A stretch of DNA of 50,624 nucleotides, from contig CAZAWR010000074.1 in NCBI GenBank assembly GCA_964488865.1, positions 1 through 50,624 of the forward strand, read 5' to 3'. Shown piece by piece: positions 17,904-27,839 of the stretch (positions within the stretch are counted from its first letter, which is position 1; each line of letters starts with the position of its first letter). A program made the translations under genes and the position numbers. A model generated the notes under the pieces. The model was not told the origin of the DNA. It saw only the letters and a list, made by a program, of their open reading frames with translations, and made no database searches. Source of the DNA: an uncultured Polyangiaceae bacterium (GTDB taxonomy: Bacteria; Myxococcota_A; Polyangia; Polyangiales; Polyangiaceae).

Positions 17904-20051
17904 CTAGCGGTGCACGCGAACGGTGGAGCGGATCCCGTAGTGCGGCGAAGGCGGTATCTCGTAGGTCTGATCTCCAGCGGTGAAGTCGTGGACCGCCTCG
18001 GTCAGGAACCGATCCATGGACCGGACCGTGGTGACAGGGAGGTTCTGCAGAAACAGGTGCTGCGTCCAGGTGTTCGAACCCGCCGGTGTCATGGTGGGAG
18101 GCGTGATCAAGGGGTTGTCCCGACACAACGTGCAGAGGGGACCGTAGCTTGCGGGGGACGCGACAGCCAGCCCCGCTCGCAACGCATGGAAGACCTCCGG
18201 CGATCGCTCCGCGAGGGACGCCTGCCCCTCCCCATCGAACGCGAGCCCCGTGTCCGTGTCGAGGGCAAGGAGGGCCGGGCGTCGCAGCAGCGCGGAACGC
18301 CCCTTGATCCAGGCCACGAGCCGGTCTGCTTGCAGCAGCTGCTCCTGCACGTAGGCATCGGGGCACGGTGCGCCATTGCCGTAGTGCCCCGTGTACGGTC
18401 GGGTCAGGCAGTCCTCGTGCAGATAGGCGAGGTTCCCCCCGTACACGTCGACCTTCTGGCCCCCGTCGAGCTCGAGGGTGGCGCGGAGGATCACCGCCCG
18501 CCACGACGTCGCCGGAAGAACGTAGGCCGTCCTATCCGAAAGCGGATACTTCGACAGCAGCAGCGGCGCGGCCATTCCATCGTAGGAGTATCGCGCGAGC
18601 GGCTCCTCGGTGCAGTCCTGTCGCGTCTCGCCGATCGTGTGAAAGGACTGGAGCCCCAGCAGCATGCAACGCCAGCACGCCTGACCGGAAGGGGTCGAGA
18701 GCGCCATGAGCTTGGCGATGCAGTTCTGGGTCAAACATCCCGTCGTGTCCTGCGTGACGAGGTATCCCTCCTCGGTCCCCGCATCGGTGCAGGAGTCCCG
18801 CACGCAGTCCAGCGCCTCGTTCAGTTCCGAAAGGACCGGCGCACAAGGAGGCTCCTCATAGGCGGGTGGCACGTGGCCGCTGATGTCCCGCGGGTCGTCC
18901 GCTTCCGTCGCGAAGTCCGTCGACACCCAGTGCGCATGGGGAAAGGTCCCCTTCGCGGCTTGCACGAAGTCGAGCTTGTCCTCGTCGCTCCACGCTTCGC
19001 TCAGCACGAGAACGTCCGCGTCGACCCCGGAGATCGATTCGAACAGGGGAGCCCGACGTGGCGCTTCGACAGCCCAGACACCGTTCAAGTACACGTTGTA
19101 GAGCGCGAACGTGAGGTCCACCGGGGCCATGCTCCCGCAGTCCGCGAGCACGCCCGAGACCTCCGATTCGCTGCAGCCCCAAAGCTCGAGCGGAAACGCA
19201 GGGTCCGACTCGGAGCCGAGCAAGAACAACGTCGTGGCCGTCCCGGGAGGCGCTGAGCGGGTGCATACAGCACGCACAGCGTTCTGCCCCGCGGTGGCCG
19301 CCCCGAACGAGATTGCCCCGATCGTCTGTAGGCTCACGTACCCGTCCCCATCCACCTCGCCGAACACGCCTGAGGATCCTGGGGCCGCGGTCCCGCCTTC
19401 GGACACGCTTCTGAACATCACCCCCGCAAGGCCAGCGGGAGGCTCGGACCCGGTCGAAAACCCCAGGTCCACCGGACCCTCCGACGGCGCCGCGTGAACG
19501 AACCGCACCAACGCCTGCAACACCCCCGTCGGCTGAGCTTCCCGCAGGCGTACGATCCCAGGAGCTTGCTCGGCGCCAAGCAGGTGAAGCGTCGCGGTCG
19601 CCCCCGCCTCGATTTCCACGTCGGTCTCGGCGACGGGCTTCGACAAGCAGGACGCCCCCGCTTCGACGACACGGACCGCGTACGCCCCCGGCTCCACCCC
19701 GAAGACCGCCGTGAGGTCACGGTACCCGAGCCCGTTCGGACAGTCGCGCCCCGAGCCGAACAGCACGGGCACCACGCCGTCGAAGGCTCCGTCGCGCCCC
19801 AGGCAGAAGTCCATACGTCGCCTCGAGGGCATCAGATGGCCCAAGCGAACCGCGGCGGCCCCCTGCGCAGGCAACGAGCATCCCGGGGGAAGATCGTAGA
19901 CGTCGGCTTCGACTGTTCCGTCACCGCTTGCGTCCGCGTTGCCCCCATCGCTGCCGCGCCAGACACTGCGGTCTTCGATGCCGAGCACGGTCTCGCAAGC
20001 CAGGCACGACAGGGCCACACCCGCGAGCAGGACCAGGGATGTCGAGCGCAT
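17904..20051 (-). CDS. Lipoprotein with a DUF4397-like N-terminal region and a C-terminal endonuclease/exonuclease/phosphatase (EEP)-like domain
   Basis: Lipobox MRSTSLVLLAGVALSCLAC. DADVLVLSEAW may be an EEP signature, but this was not verified. The ATG overlaps the upstream stop (ATGA); the upstream 588 nt of the ORF are rejected. Confidence 0.5.
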   Translation of the reverse strand: MRSTSLVLLAGVALSCLACETVLGIEDRSVWRGSDGGNADASGDGTVEADVYDLPPGCSLPAQGAAAVRLGHLMPSRRRMDFCLGRDGAFDGVVPVLFGSGRDCPNGLGYRDLTAVFGVEPGAYAVRVVEAGASCLSKPVAETDVEIEAGATATLHLLGAEQAPGIVRLREAQPTGVLQALVRFVHAAPSEGPVDLGFSTGSEPPAGLAGVMFRSVSEGGTAAPGSSGVFGEVDGDGYVSLQTIGAISFGAATAGQNAVRAVCTRSAPPGTATTLFLLGSESDPAFPLELWGCSESEVSGVLADCGSMAPVDLTFALYNVYLNGVWAVEAPRRAPLFESISGVDADVLVLSEAWSDEDKLDFVQAAKGTFPHAHWVSTDFATEADDPRDISGHVPPAYEEPPCAPVLSELNEALDCVRDSCTDAGTEEGYLVTQDTTGCLTQNCIAKLMALSTPSGQACWRCMLLGLQSFHTIGETRQDCTEEPLARYSYDGMAAPLLLSKYPLSDRTAYVLPATSWRAVILRATLELDGGQKVDVYGGNLAYLHEDCLTRPYTGHYGNGAPCPDAYVQEQLLQADRLVAWIKGRSALLRRPALLALDTDTGLAFDGEGQASLAERSPEVFHALRAGLAVASPASYGPLCTLCRDNPLITPPTMTPAGSNTWTQHLFLQNLPVTTVRSMDRFLTEAVHDFTAGDQTYEIPPSPHYGIRSTVRVHR

Positions 20052-21103
20052 CACCAATCCCCTCGGAGGCTGGCCGCGGCTCCCCCGCGCACGGGCTGCA
20101 TGGCCAGGTCGACACGCGGACGTGCTGCGCTGCCAACAGGGCTGGTGGGAGTCTCGGGCTGTCCGTAAAGGTATAGATAGGCGCCGGCCATCACGGCGAC
20201 CACCCCCACGCCAATCCCGAGGTTGGAGAACCTCGCCGCGTCCTTGGCCTCCTGGTTGAGCGCTACCCCTCGCTCCGAACAGCGACGCTCCCCTTGCACG
20301 ATCGGGCAGGCGTCGTCGCTGTCCTTCCGCTTGCCGTTGGCCACAAACCCGAAGTAGGCGCCGACGCCGATCGCACCGAGACCTACCGATCCCAGGACGA
20401 CGCCGCTGGGGCGCGCCAAGGAAGTCGAGGTTTCGCGCGGCGCTGCGGACCGGGCAGGCGGAGCAGTCGGAGAACGTCGAGGGGGCTCGACCACGGCGGG
20501 CCGACGGGACAACGCGGGAACCTCGACGACGAGCAACTCCCCCTCCCTGGCGGTGAAGCTCCCCGTCCAGGGGACGAGCCCCGGTCCCGTGGCTTCGATC
20601 AGAACGGTGCCCGGGTCCACGGGCGTCTCGGTGTCCCACGACGCGGGACCCAGCACCGTACCGTCCCGTCGCACGATCACGCCCTGTTCACGGGCTTTGG
20701 CCTCCACACGCAGAGAAAGGCGAGGCAACCGCGGCTCGAGGTCCGCAATGCTCGCGCGCGCGATGCGCTCCCGTTCCGGGCGGCCTGCCTGCCGCGCTTC
20801 GGTGGCTACACGCTGGAACTCGGCCCAAGCCGTCGCCACCTTGCCTTCTCGCATGTGGCAGTGGGCCATGTTGAGCAGCGTGCCCGGAGCCGCCTCGAGC
20901 CGATAGCTCTCCTCGAACTTCCTGCAAGCCGGCACCACTTGGTCCGAATGCATCAGCATGCGCCCCTCGCGAAACAACGCCTCCGCGGCCGCACGATCCG
21001 CGGGGGGTCCATCGCCCTGCGCCAGAGCACCGCATCCCCAACCCAGCACGAGGAGCCCAGCCACCCCAGCCACAATCCGATGATGCCCCTTCGTGCCGTA
21101 CAC
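20051..21103 (-). CDS. TPR-like / beta-rich single-pass membrane protein (STK partner, paralogue of 30332..31342)
   Basis: Signal peptide, then TPR-like helices, a beta-rich segment, a Pro-rich linker, a transmembrane helix and a C-terminal YLYLYGQ motif. It sits 50 bp downstream of a kinase gene. Confidence 0.55.
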   Translation of the reverse strand: MYGTKGHHRIVAGVAGLLVLGWGCGALAQGDGPPADRAAAEALFREGRMLMHSDQVVPACRKFEESYRLEAAPGTLLNMAHCHMREGKVATAWAEFQRVATEARQAGRPERERIARASIADLEPRLPRLSLRVEAKAREQGVIVRRDGTVLGPASWDTETPVDPGTVLIEATGPGLVPWTGSFTAREGELLVVEVPALSRRPAVVEPPRRSPTAPPARSAAPRETSTSLARPSGVVLGSVGLGAIGVGAYFGFVANGKRKDSDDACPIVQGERRCSERGVALNQEAKDAARFSNLGIGVGVVAVMAGAYLYLYGQPETPTSPVGSAARPRVDLAMQPVRGGAAASLRGDW

Positions 21104-21153
21104 CGTGTCCCATCATAGGGCAGGGGTCGCCCTCGAGCCACCGCAACTCGCGA

Positions 21154-22581
21154 TCAGAAACGGTCGTCGAACGGATCAGGCGCGGGCACGGAGACGGGCG
21201 AACGCTCGCTCCCCGCCACCGACGGCTTGGACGTCGGTACGACACGCGGTTCCGGACGTGGAGGTCGTGGGCGGGGAGCATCGCCACCAGGGCTTTGGTC
21301 GGCAGACGATGCACCGAAGGGAGGTGGCCCAGCATCCACAGCGTTGTCCGCCGAGGATCCGATGGCGAACGAACCATCGGGAGGGGTGGTATCGGACCGA
21401 GGCGCGGAGGTCACCGGGTTCGAAACGGCACTCGACGGTTCCAGGCGATCCGGACGAAGGGCTGCCCAAGCGAGAACGACGGCTCCCGTGATCCCCGCGA
21501 GCGCGAGGGAAAGAACGAAGGTCCGCGGCCGCTTCCTCTGGATGATCTTCGACCGCGTCTTCGAGGAAGATCGGGAGTCCACGCGGCGCTTCGGCGCGTT
21601 GTGCCGCACGTCCAGCGGGCTCATCCGATTGGGCGGCACCGTTCGCTCGAGGGTCCCGGTGATGCTCGCCGCTGCCGCGGGGAGACCCTCGAGGCTGGAC
21701 GCCTTCGCCAACTCCTGGGCGAGCGTCCCAACATCCGGCATTCGCTCATTCAAGTCACGCCGCAGACATCGAAGGACCACCGCCTCGAGCTCGGGGGTAA
21801 CGTGGGGAACCCGACCCGCGAGAGCGGACGGTATTTCGTCACGCAAGATCTGATGACACAGGGCCGCCGCGGATTCCGCAACGAAGGGAGGATGCCCGGC
21901 GAGCATCTCGTACAGAACGACGCCCAGCGACCAGACGTCCGCCCGCGCGTCGGCCCGCCCTGAGCTCTCGAGTTGCTCGGGCGCCATGTAGCGCGGACTC
22001 CCAAGGATCGCCCCCGTCGCCGTGATGTCGTCCTCTGTCCCGGGCAAGGAGAAGCTCTTCGATACCCCGAAGTCGACCACCTTGATGAGGTCAGTGCCGT
22101 CCGGACGCGTCGTGAGGAACAGGTTCGACGGCTTCAGGTCACGGTGCACGATGCCCAAAGCGTGCGCCTCAGCGAGCCCCGCACACGCCTGCACGGCATA
22201 CCGAATCGCAACCCCCACGGGCAACGAGAGCTCTTTTTGAAGAACCTCGCGCAGGTCGACCCCGTCGAGGTACTCCATGACCATGAACGGGGTGCCGTCG
22301 TCGAGCAGACCGTAGTCCGTCACGCGCGTGGTGTTCTCGCCGCGCAATCTGGCCGTGATCTTGGCCTCGCGCATGAAGCGCGCCCTCGCGGCAGGCACCC
22401 GATCCACGTCCAGGGTCAGAAGCTTGATGGCCACACGCTCCTGCAACTCGAGGTGCTCCGCTTCGACAACGGTGCCCATTCCACCCTGCCCGAGCAGGGC
22501 ACGGATCACGTACTTGCCGGCAATGACATCACCGACCCCGAACGCGTCCCCGCGACATGCCGTCTCGATGGGCTTGGGCAT
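21154..22581 (-). CDS. Ser/Thr protein kinase (paralogue of 16332..17741) ending PDPFDDRF
   Basis: VAIKLL, HRDLKPSN, DFGVS and SPRYMAPE are present. The architecture matches 16332..17741. Confidence 0.85.
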   Translation of the reverse strand: MPKPIETACRGDAFGVGDVIAGKYVIRALLGQGGMGTVVEAEHLELQERVAIKLLTLDVDRVPAARARFMREAKITARLRGENTTRVTDYGLLDDGTPFMVMEYLDGVDLREVLQKELSLPVGVAIRYAVQACAGLAEAHALGIVHRDLKPSNLFLTTRPDGTDLIKVVDFGVSKSFSLPGTEDDITATGAILGSPRYMAPEQLESSGRADARADVWSLGVVLYEMLAGHPPFVAESAAALCHQILRDEIPSALAGRVPHVTPELEAVVLRCLRRDLNERMPDVGTLAQELAKASSLEGLPAAAASITGTLERTVPPNRMSPLDVRHNAPKRRVDSRSSSKTRSKIIQRKRPRTFVLSLALAGITGAVVLAWAALRPDRLEPSSAVSNPVTSAPRSDTTPPDGSFAIGSSADNAVDAGPPPFGASSADQSPGGDAPRPRPPRPEPRVVPTSKPSVAGSERSPVSVPAPDPFDDRF

Positions 22582-22629
22582 GACACGATGAGTGTCGGTA
22601 ATGGGAGGGCGGGTGTCAACGGGCGCTCC

Positions 22630-23634
22630 TCAAAGAACCAATCCCACCCCCAACTGAGCCCCCAGCCACAACCCATCAATCAGAATCTCACGACGGTCAT
22701 CCACCGTGCCCGACATCGGCAGCACGACATATCCCGTCTCTCCCGAGGCTTCGATGACAAGCGGGCCGATGGGCTCCACCCGAAGACCAGCCATGGCCGT
22801 GGGCCATCCCCAGGGCGCGATGCCCGACTCCGCATGCGCTTCCGCACCGGCCCCTGCCTTGCCGGAAAGGCGGGCCATTCCGAGACGGAGTCCAAATCCG
22901 CCCTGAAACGTCGCCCAGGCCCATCGGCGATACAGATAGAGTCCACCCCCGACGGTGAAGGTGTCCATGGAGACGCGGCCGAGCGAAGCGTCCATCTCGC
23001 CGTGCTCCGCAAGCAGGTCGACCGTCCAGCCCGCCATCGCGAACTCGTCCCGACCGACCCGGACCCCCGCCCCCCACAACTCCGCTGGCTCGGAGAAGAA
23101 CGAACGTCGCGACCCCAGTACGAGCAGCCTCATCTGGTCGAGCTGAGGGGCCATCTGCTTTGGCAGCCGTTCGCCGACGACCTTGCGCGCGGCGGCAACC
23201 TCGCGCTCCGAAGGCCGCGGACCGGCAGGCGGAACCTGGGGCGTGGGGTTCGTGGCGAGCTCCGTCCAACTCGCCACGACCAACTCAGCCACCGCAAGGG
23301 CCACGAGCCGAGCCCTGGCACTCACCGGGTCGTGGGACAGGTCCACCACACGAGTCAGCGCCTTTCCCGTGATGGGATCGTCCACCCGAAGCCACACGTA
23401 CTGGCCTTCGCACGACACCGAGGCCTCGGTCACTTCCCCCGAAGCCGCGCCGGTCGTGAGAAGGGCGCCGAGCTCGACCCCCACGAGATGGCGTACTTCG
23501 GTTTCGGAAGCGCCCGTGCACGCATGAACCTTGAGCTGAACCCGCGGGTGATCGGCAGGCGACTCTTGCGCCATGGCAGGACTGACCGCAAAGACAGCCG
23601 CTGCGAAGAGCCAACGCGCTGGATTCACGGGCAT
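22630..23634 (-). CDS. Secreted hypothetical protein (signal peptide; beta-rich)
   Basis: MPVNPARWLFAAAVFAVSPAMAQ. Confidence 0.45.
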   Translation of the reverse strand: MPVNPARWLFAAAVFAVSPAMAQESPADHPRVQLKVHACTGASETEVRHLVGVELGALLTTGAASGEVTEASVSCEGQYVWLRVDDPITGKALTRVVDLSHDPVSARARLVALAVAELVVASWTELATNPTPQVPPAGPRPSEREVAAARKVVGERLPKQMAPQLDQMRLLVLGSRRSFFSEPAELWGAGVRVGRDEFAMAGWTVDLLAEHGEMDASLGRVSMDTFTVGGGLYLYRRWAWATFQGGFGLRLGMARLSGKAGAGAEAHAESGIAPWGWPTAMAGLRVEPIGPLVIEASGETGYVVLPMSGTVDDRREILIDGLWLGAQLGVGLVL

Positions 23635-23651
23635 CGATGGGCCGCTCCCCT

Positions 23652-24782
23652 TCACTCCACCCCACCATAGCGGCGCACGGACTGGATGCGACGGCCCTCC
23701 GGATAGGACTGAACGTACTCGAGGGCGCGGTCTCTCGCGGCCACGGTCTGTCCGGCCTTGGCGAGGGCTTCGACCTCGCGTGCGAGCGCGTCCTGCGACA
23801 ACGCGCCGCCTGGTGCCAAGCGTCGGGCCGCGGCAAAAGCGCCCGCAGCTTCCCCTGGCCGTCCCAACTCGTCGAGCAACACCCTTCCCAAGGTGAACGC
23901 GGCCAGCGGCGCCCTCGGGTCCCCCGCATGGCTCCCCACCACCTGACGCAACGGAGCCACCGCCTGTCCAGCATGCCCACTGAGGCGCGCCACGTCCGCC
24001 GCAAGCATCAGGTCCGCCACGTTGTCTCGAACCGCATCCTTGCCCTCTCGCTGCAACGCCTCATAGGCCTCCGCATGCTGCCCCTGCAACGCCAGCGCTC
24101 GCCACGTCGGAACCTCCACGGCCGACGCGACCGGCGGCACCGCCGCCCGCCCCCGCGCAGAGGACACGGCAGGCGCCACGTCGTCGAAGTCCAACTCCAG
24201 ATCCACCGGCGCCGGCTGGGGCGGGAAGAGCCCGCTCTCCCCGGCTCGCAAGGTCCGGCTCCCGTCCTTCCACGAAACCTCGACCACCCCGTGCTCCACG
24301 GACACCGAAACCCACTCCTCGCGCTCCACCGTGAACGAGGTCCCTACCACCCTCACCGCTACCTCGCCCGCCACCACCACGAACGCCCTCCGCTTCCCAG
24401 GCTCCACATCGAAACGCACCTTCCCCGAGGACACCGCCACCTGCACCCGCTCCTCCGTCTCCACCTCGGGCCGCACGACCGTCCCAGGGCGCAACGGCGT
24501 CGCCGTCGAACCGTCCGCGAAGCGAACCATCGACATGGACGGCACCAGCGCCGTGGTCTCCGGAATGTTCGGCAAAGGCTTCAGACGATCCATGCCCACC
24601 ATCACGAGCAGAGCGATTGCAACCACCGCGGCGAGCGCCACTGCCCCCTGCCGCATCCGGACCCGACGGTCCCTCCGCCGCACCATCATCGCCTCGGCCG
24701 CTTGCGAGCGCTCCGGCGTCCAGCGCACCTGCACGTGCGCCCCCGCGTCCTCAATTTGTCTCAGGAGGTCAGCCATCACCAA
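23652..24782 (-). CDS. FecR-like anti-sigma factor (one transmembrane helix, FecR domain, C-terminal TPR-like)
   Basis: VRVVGTSFTVERE. It overlaps the 3' end of the ECF sigma gene. Confidence 0.6.
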   Translation of the reverse strand: MVMADLLRQIEDAGAHVQVRWTPERSQAAEAMMVRRRDRRVRMRQGAVALAAVVAIALLVMVGMDRLKPLPNIPETTALVPSMSMVRFADGSTATPLRPGTVVRPEVETEERVQVAVSSGKVRFDVEPGKRRAFVVVAGEVAVRVVGTSFTVEREEWVSVSVEHGVVEVSWKDGSRTLRAGESGLFPPQPAPVDLELDFDDVAPAVSSARGRAAVPPVASAVEVPTWRALALQGQHAEAYEALQREGKDAVRDNVADLMLAADVARLSGHAGQAVAPLRQVVGSHAGDPRAPLAAFTLGRVLLDELGRPGEAAGAFAAARRLAPGGALSQDALAREVEALAKAGQTVAARDRALEYVQSYPEGRRIQSVRRYGGVE

Positions 24783-25347
24783 GTGCCTCCTCGATCACCG
24801 CTTGCGCAGCCACGATTCGACGTTTCGCCGTCGCCAGGGAACAACCCGTCAGCTGCGCCACGTCTTCCAGCTTCTCACCCTCCATGTGCCTCAGCACCCA
24901 CGCGATGCGCGCCTCCACCGGGATCTTGTCGAGCACCCCGTACACCCGCGACAGCAACGCCCGTTGATCGGCCGACGCCCCAGGCGCGATCGGCTCGTCG
25001 ATGTACGCCACGTCGTCGAACCCGAACACCGCCTTGAAACGCCTCATCCGCAGCCGCCGACGCACCACCCGCACCGTCACGGTCGCCAGCCACGCCTTGG
25101 CGGCCCCGGGGTCCCGGATCTGATGAATCCCCTTGATCGCCCCGAGAAAGACGTCCTGAACGATGTCGTCCACCTCGTCATCGCGCCCGAGCAGTCGCAG
25201 GGCGATGGCAGCCACGTAGGGCGAGTAGCGACGAAAGGCGGCATCCAGGCTCAAAGGCTCTTCGGCCGAGGCCTGGGCGGCACCTCCGACTACCACGCGC
25301 AGCGCTGCATGACTTGGTCGCATCGTTGATCCCGTGGTGGCATCCAC
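24769..25347 (-). CDS. ECF-family RNA polymerase sigma factor
   Basis: Region-2 and region-4 motifs are present (DIVQDVFL..., LEDVAQLTGCSLATAKRRI). Confidence 0.8.
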   Translation of the reverse strand: MDATTGSTMRPSHAALRVVVGGAAQASAEEPLSLDAAFRRYSPYVAAIALRLLGRDDEVDDIVQDVFLGAIKGIHQIRDPGAAKAWLATVTVRVVRRRLRMRRFKAVFGFDDVAYIDEPIAPGASADQRALLSRVYGVLDKIPVEARIAWVLRHMEGEKLEDVAQLTGCSLATAKRRIVAAQAVIEEALGDG

Positions 25348-25371
25348 GGAGGGAAACGGCTCAGGTAAGGA

Positions 25372-26682
25372 TCATTGTATCCCTACCCGGGGCAAAGAGC
25401 GAAGCGCGGCTTGGATCCTTGCGCGATCCACCGGTCCTTCGCCTTGCAGCGCCTTCTGGTAGGCCTGACGGGCCTTTTCCTTGTCTCCCTCCTTCGAGGC
25501 GATGTCACCCGCCACCTCCCAAGCAGGTCCCCACTTGGGAAACGCCTCCACCGCACGCTGCGCGAACCCCCTGGCCGTGGTCGCCCTCCCCTGGGCAAGA
25601 CACGCTCGCGCCCCACGAACCAACGCCGTGGGTTGGGTGCGCCCGAACCCGTACGCCGCATGGTACGACTCGATCGCAAGGTCGATCTCCCCCTTGGCAG
25701 CCAGAGCATCCGCCTCCGCCAGTTTCCCCCGCGCGCTGTTGGGCACCCGTCGAAGCGCGTCCGCCGCCGCCGCCAGCGCCGGGTCGAACTGCCCCCGACG
25801 AATCAGCACCTCCGCAAGCACCGCGTGCCAGTCCGCCTCCACCTGGGACGACCCGAGTGCCAGGCGCGCCTCCTGCTCCGCCCGCTCCAACCTACCCAAG
25901 TCCAGCAAGACCTCCGCAAGCCGAGCGTGCGACGGCCCGTGCGTGGGACGCGACCGAATCGCCCCTTCGAGCAACCCGACCGCCCGGTCCCCGGAAGGCA
26001 GCAATGCAGCGAGCGCATGCGCCCCGATCGCATCCTCAGCGTCCGCCGCGTACGCCTTCTCCATCGCCTGCAAGGCCTCCGCGGACCGGTTGAGGTACGC
26101 CATCAGCCGCCCGAGCGAAAGCCACGCCTCGGCCCGGCCCGGGTCCGTCTGCGTGGCGGCGCGGAACGACGCCTCCGCCTCCGCCGATCTTCCCTCCAGC
26201 CATTGCGCGTGTCCCAGCACAACCGTCGCCAGGTAGAGCTCTGGGGTCAGGGCCAGCGCACGCTGCACTTCGGGCAGCGCATCCGACGCCCGCTGCCGGG
26301 TCATGTGCGTCTCGCCGAGGCAAGCGTGTCCCATCGCTGCACCGCCCGCCGTGGCCTTGAGAAGCTCGCACGCGCGGAGGGCTTCGCGGAAGCGCCCCTG
26401 CTCCATGTGGACGCGAGCTAGCTCGTACCGAAGGTCGATGGCCGCGGGCCCCGTGCGCGCCCCCGCGAGCAAGCTCCCTCGCTGAAGCTCGTGCATGGCT
26501 TCCTGATGAAGGCCCGCACGACGCAACGCGCGACCGAGCGCCAAGCTCGCTGCCGCGTCCTGACGATGCGACGCAACCGCCGCTCGCGCCTCCGTCACGC
26601 GATGCGCTTGCGCCATGGTCGGCAGAGACGAAAGCCCCGCCAAGCCGAAGACCAGCACGGCCCCAAACCAATGCTTCCTCAT
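25372..26682 (-). CDS. Secreted tetratricopeptide-repeat protein
   Basis: Signal peptide MRKHWFGAVLVFGLAGLSSLPTMAQA followed by about 9 TPR-like repeats. Confidence 0.65.
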   Translation of the reverse strand: MRKHWFGAVLVFGLAGLSSLPTMAQAHRVTEARAAVASHRQDAAASLALGRALRRAGLHQEAMHELQRGSLLAGARTGPAAIDLRYELARVHMEQGRFREALRACELLKATAGGAAMGHACLGETHMTRQRASDALPEVQRALALTPELYLATVVLGHAQWLEGRSAEAEASFRAATQTDPGRAEAWLSLGRLMAYLNRSAEALQAMEKAYAADAEDAIGAHALAALLPSGDRAVGLLEGAIRSRPTHGPSHARLAEVLLDLGRLERAEQEARLALGSSQVEADWHAVLAEVLIRRGQFDPALAAAADALRRVPNSARGKLAEADALAAKGEIDLAIESYHAAYGFGRTQPTALVRGARACLAQGRATTARGFAQRAVEAFPKWGPAWEVAGDIASKEGDKEKARQAYQKALQGEGPVDRARIQAALRSLPRVGIQ

Positions 26683-27662
26683 GGATCACGTTCTTGACCC
26701 GTGTCGGCCCCGGCTGCAACTCCCAGCAACTCCCCTCCCAGGGCGCCTGCCACGTTGCGACGCCAGTCCTCGTACCGCACACGCCTCATCGCGCTTCCCT
26801 GAAGCATCTCGTCCAGGTGTTCGGGAGACGCCGTCGCCAGGTCCGCCAGCGTGATCTGTTGCCAGCGCGGAAGCGGGTCGAAAGGTCCCCCCGGCTCGAC
26901 CCACGCCCCCGCCGCACGATTGAACGGGCACACCTCCTGGCACACGTCGCAACCGAACAGCCAGGGGGCCACACGCGCGTTGGCCTGCCACGGTCCCCGG
27001 TGCTCGATCGTCAGGTAGCTGATGCAGCGACGCGCATCCAGCACGTAGGGGCGCACGAACGCGTCCGTGGGGCACGCACGCAGGCAGGCGGTGCACCGAC
27101 CGCACCGTGGCATCATGGGCGCGTCCGGGGTCAAGCGCACCGACGTGACCACTTCTCCGATCACGGTGAAAGAGCCCAACCCAGGGCGGATCAGCATCCC
27201 GTTCTTTCCGATGAAGCCCAGGCCTGCACGGGCGGCCCAGGCTCGTTCGAGAACGGGCGCCGTGTCGACGAGCGGCCGGGCCACGGCCCCCGGCTCCAGA
27301 GAGCGCACGAAGTCGGCGAGCTTGCGCAAGCGGCGACGCACGTGGTTGTGGTAGTCGAGCCCCCGCGCATACCTGGCGATGCGTCCGACAATTCCGGGCG
27401 GGTCTCCCGGGAGTCGCACGGCGTAGCGCTGCGCCACACAGACGACGCTCCGTGCACCCGGAAGGATGCCTGGCCCGGACAGGCTTTGGCGGACGGTGCC
27501 GTGGTCGGCCAGGTAGCCCATCGAAGCGAGGTAGCCGGCGCGCACGAACGTCTCGAAGCGAGCGAAGTCCTCTTCCAACGGCACGTCAGCGCGGGCGACG
27601 CCCACCGCATCGAAGCCCAAGGACAAGGCCTTCTCTCGTACTGCGGCGTCAGCATCCGGCAT
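26679..27662 (-). CDS. queG: Epoxyqueuosine reductase
   Basis: CGRCTACLRACPTDAF and CDVCQEVCPFN are two 4Fe-4S cluster motifs. The N-terminal region is conserved. Start taken at MPDADAAVRE; the upstream 759 nt of the ORF are rejected. Confidence 0.75.
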   Translation of the reverse strand: MPDADAAVREKALSLGFDAVGVARADVPLEEDFARFETFVRAGYLASMGYLADHGTVRQSLSGPGILPGARSVVCVAQRYAVRLPGDPPGIVGRIARYARGLDYHNHVRRRLRKLADFVRSLEPGAVARPLVDTAPVLERAWAARAGLGFIGKNGMLIRPGLGSFTVIGEVVTSVRLTPDAPMMPRCGRCTACLRACPTDAFVRPYVLDARRCISYLTIEHRGPWQANARVAPWLFGCDVCQEVCPFNRAAGAWVEPGGPFDPLPRWQQITLADLATASPEHLDEMLQGSAMRRVRYEDWRRNVAGALGGELLGVAAGADTGQERDP

Positions 27663-27839
27663 GGCCGCCCATCGTAGCCCTACCCTCGCAGCCGGGTGGC
27701 GGGTTGTTTCGAATCGAGAGGTCGAACGATCCGGGTGCATTTTTTCCGCAACCGATGATTGCGGGTGGCCGATATACACGCCAGACCTGAATCCATTCAG
27801 CGATCGCATCTCACCCATCGGAAATGCGATGGTAGGCAC

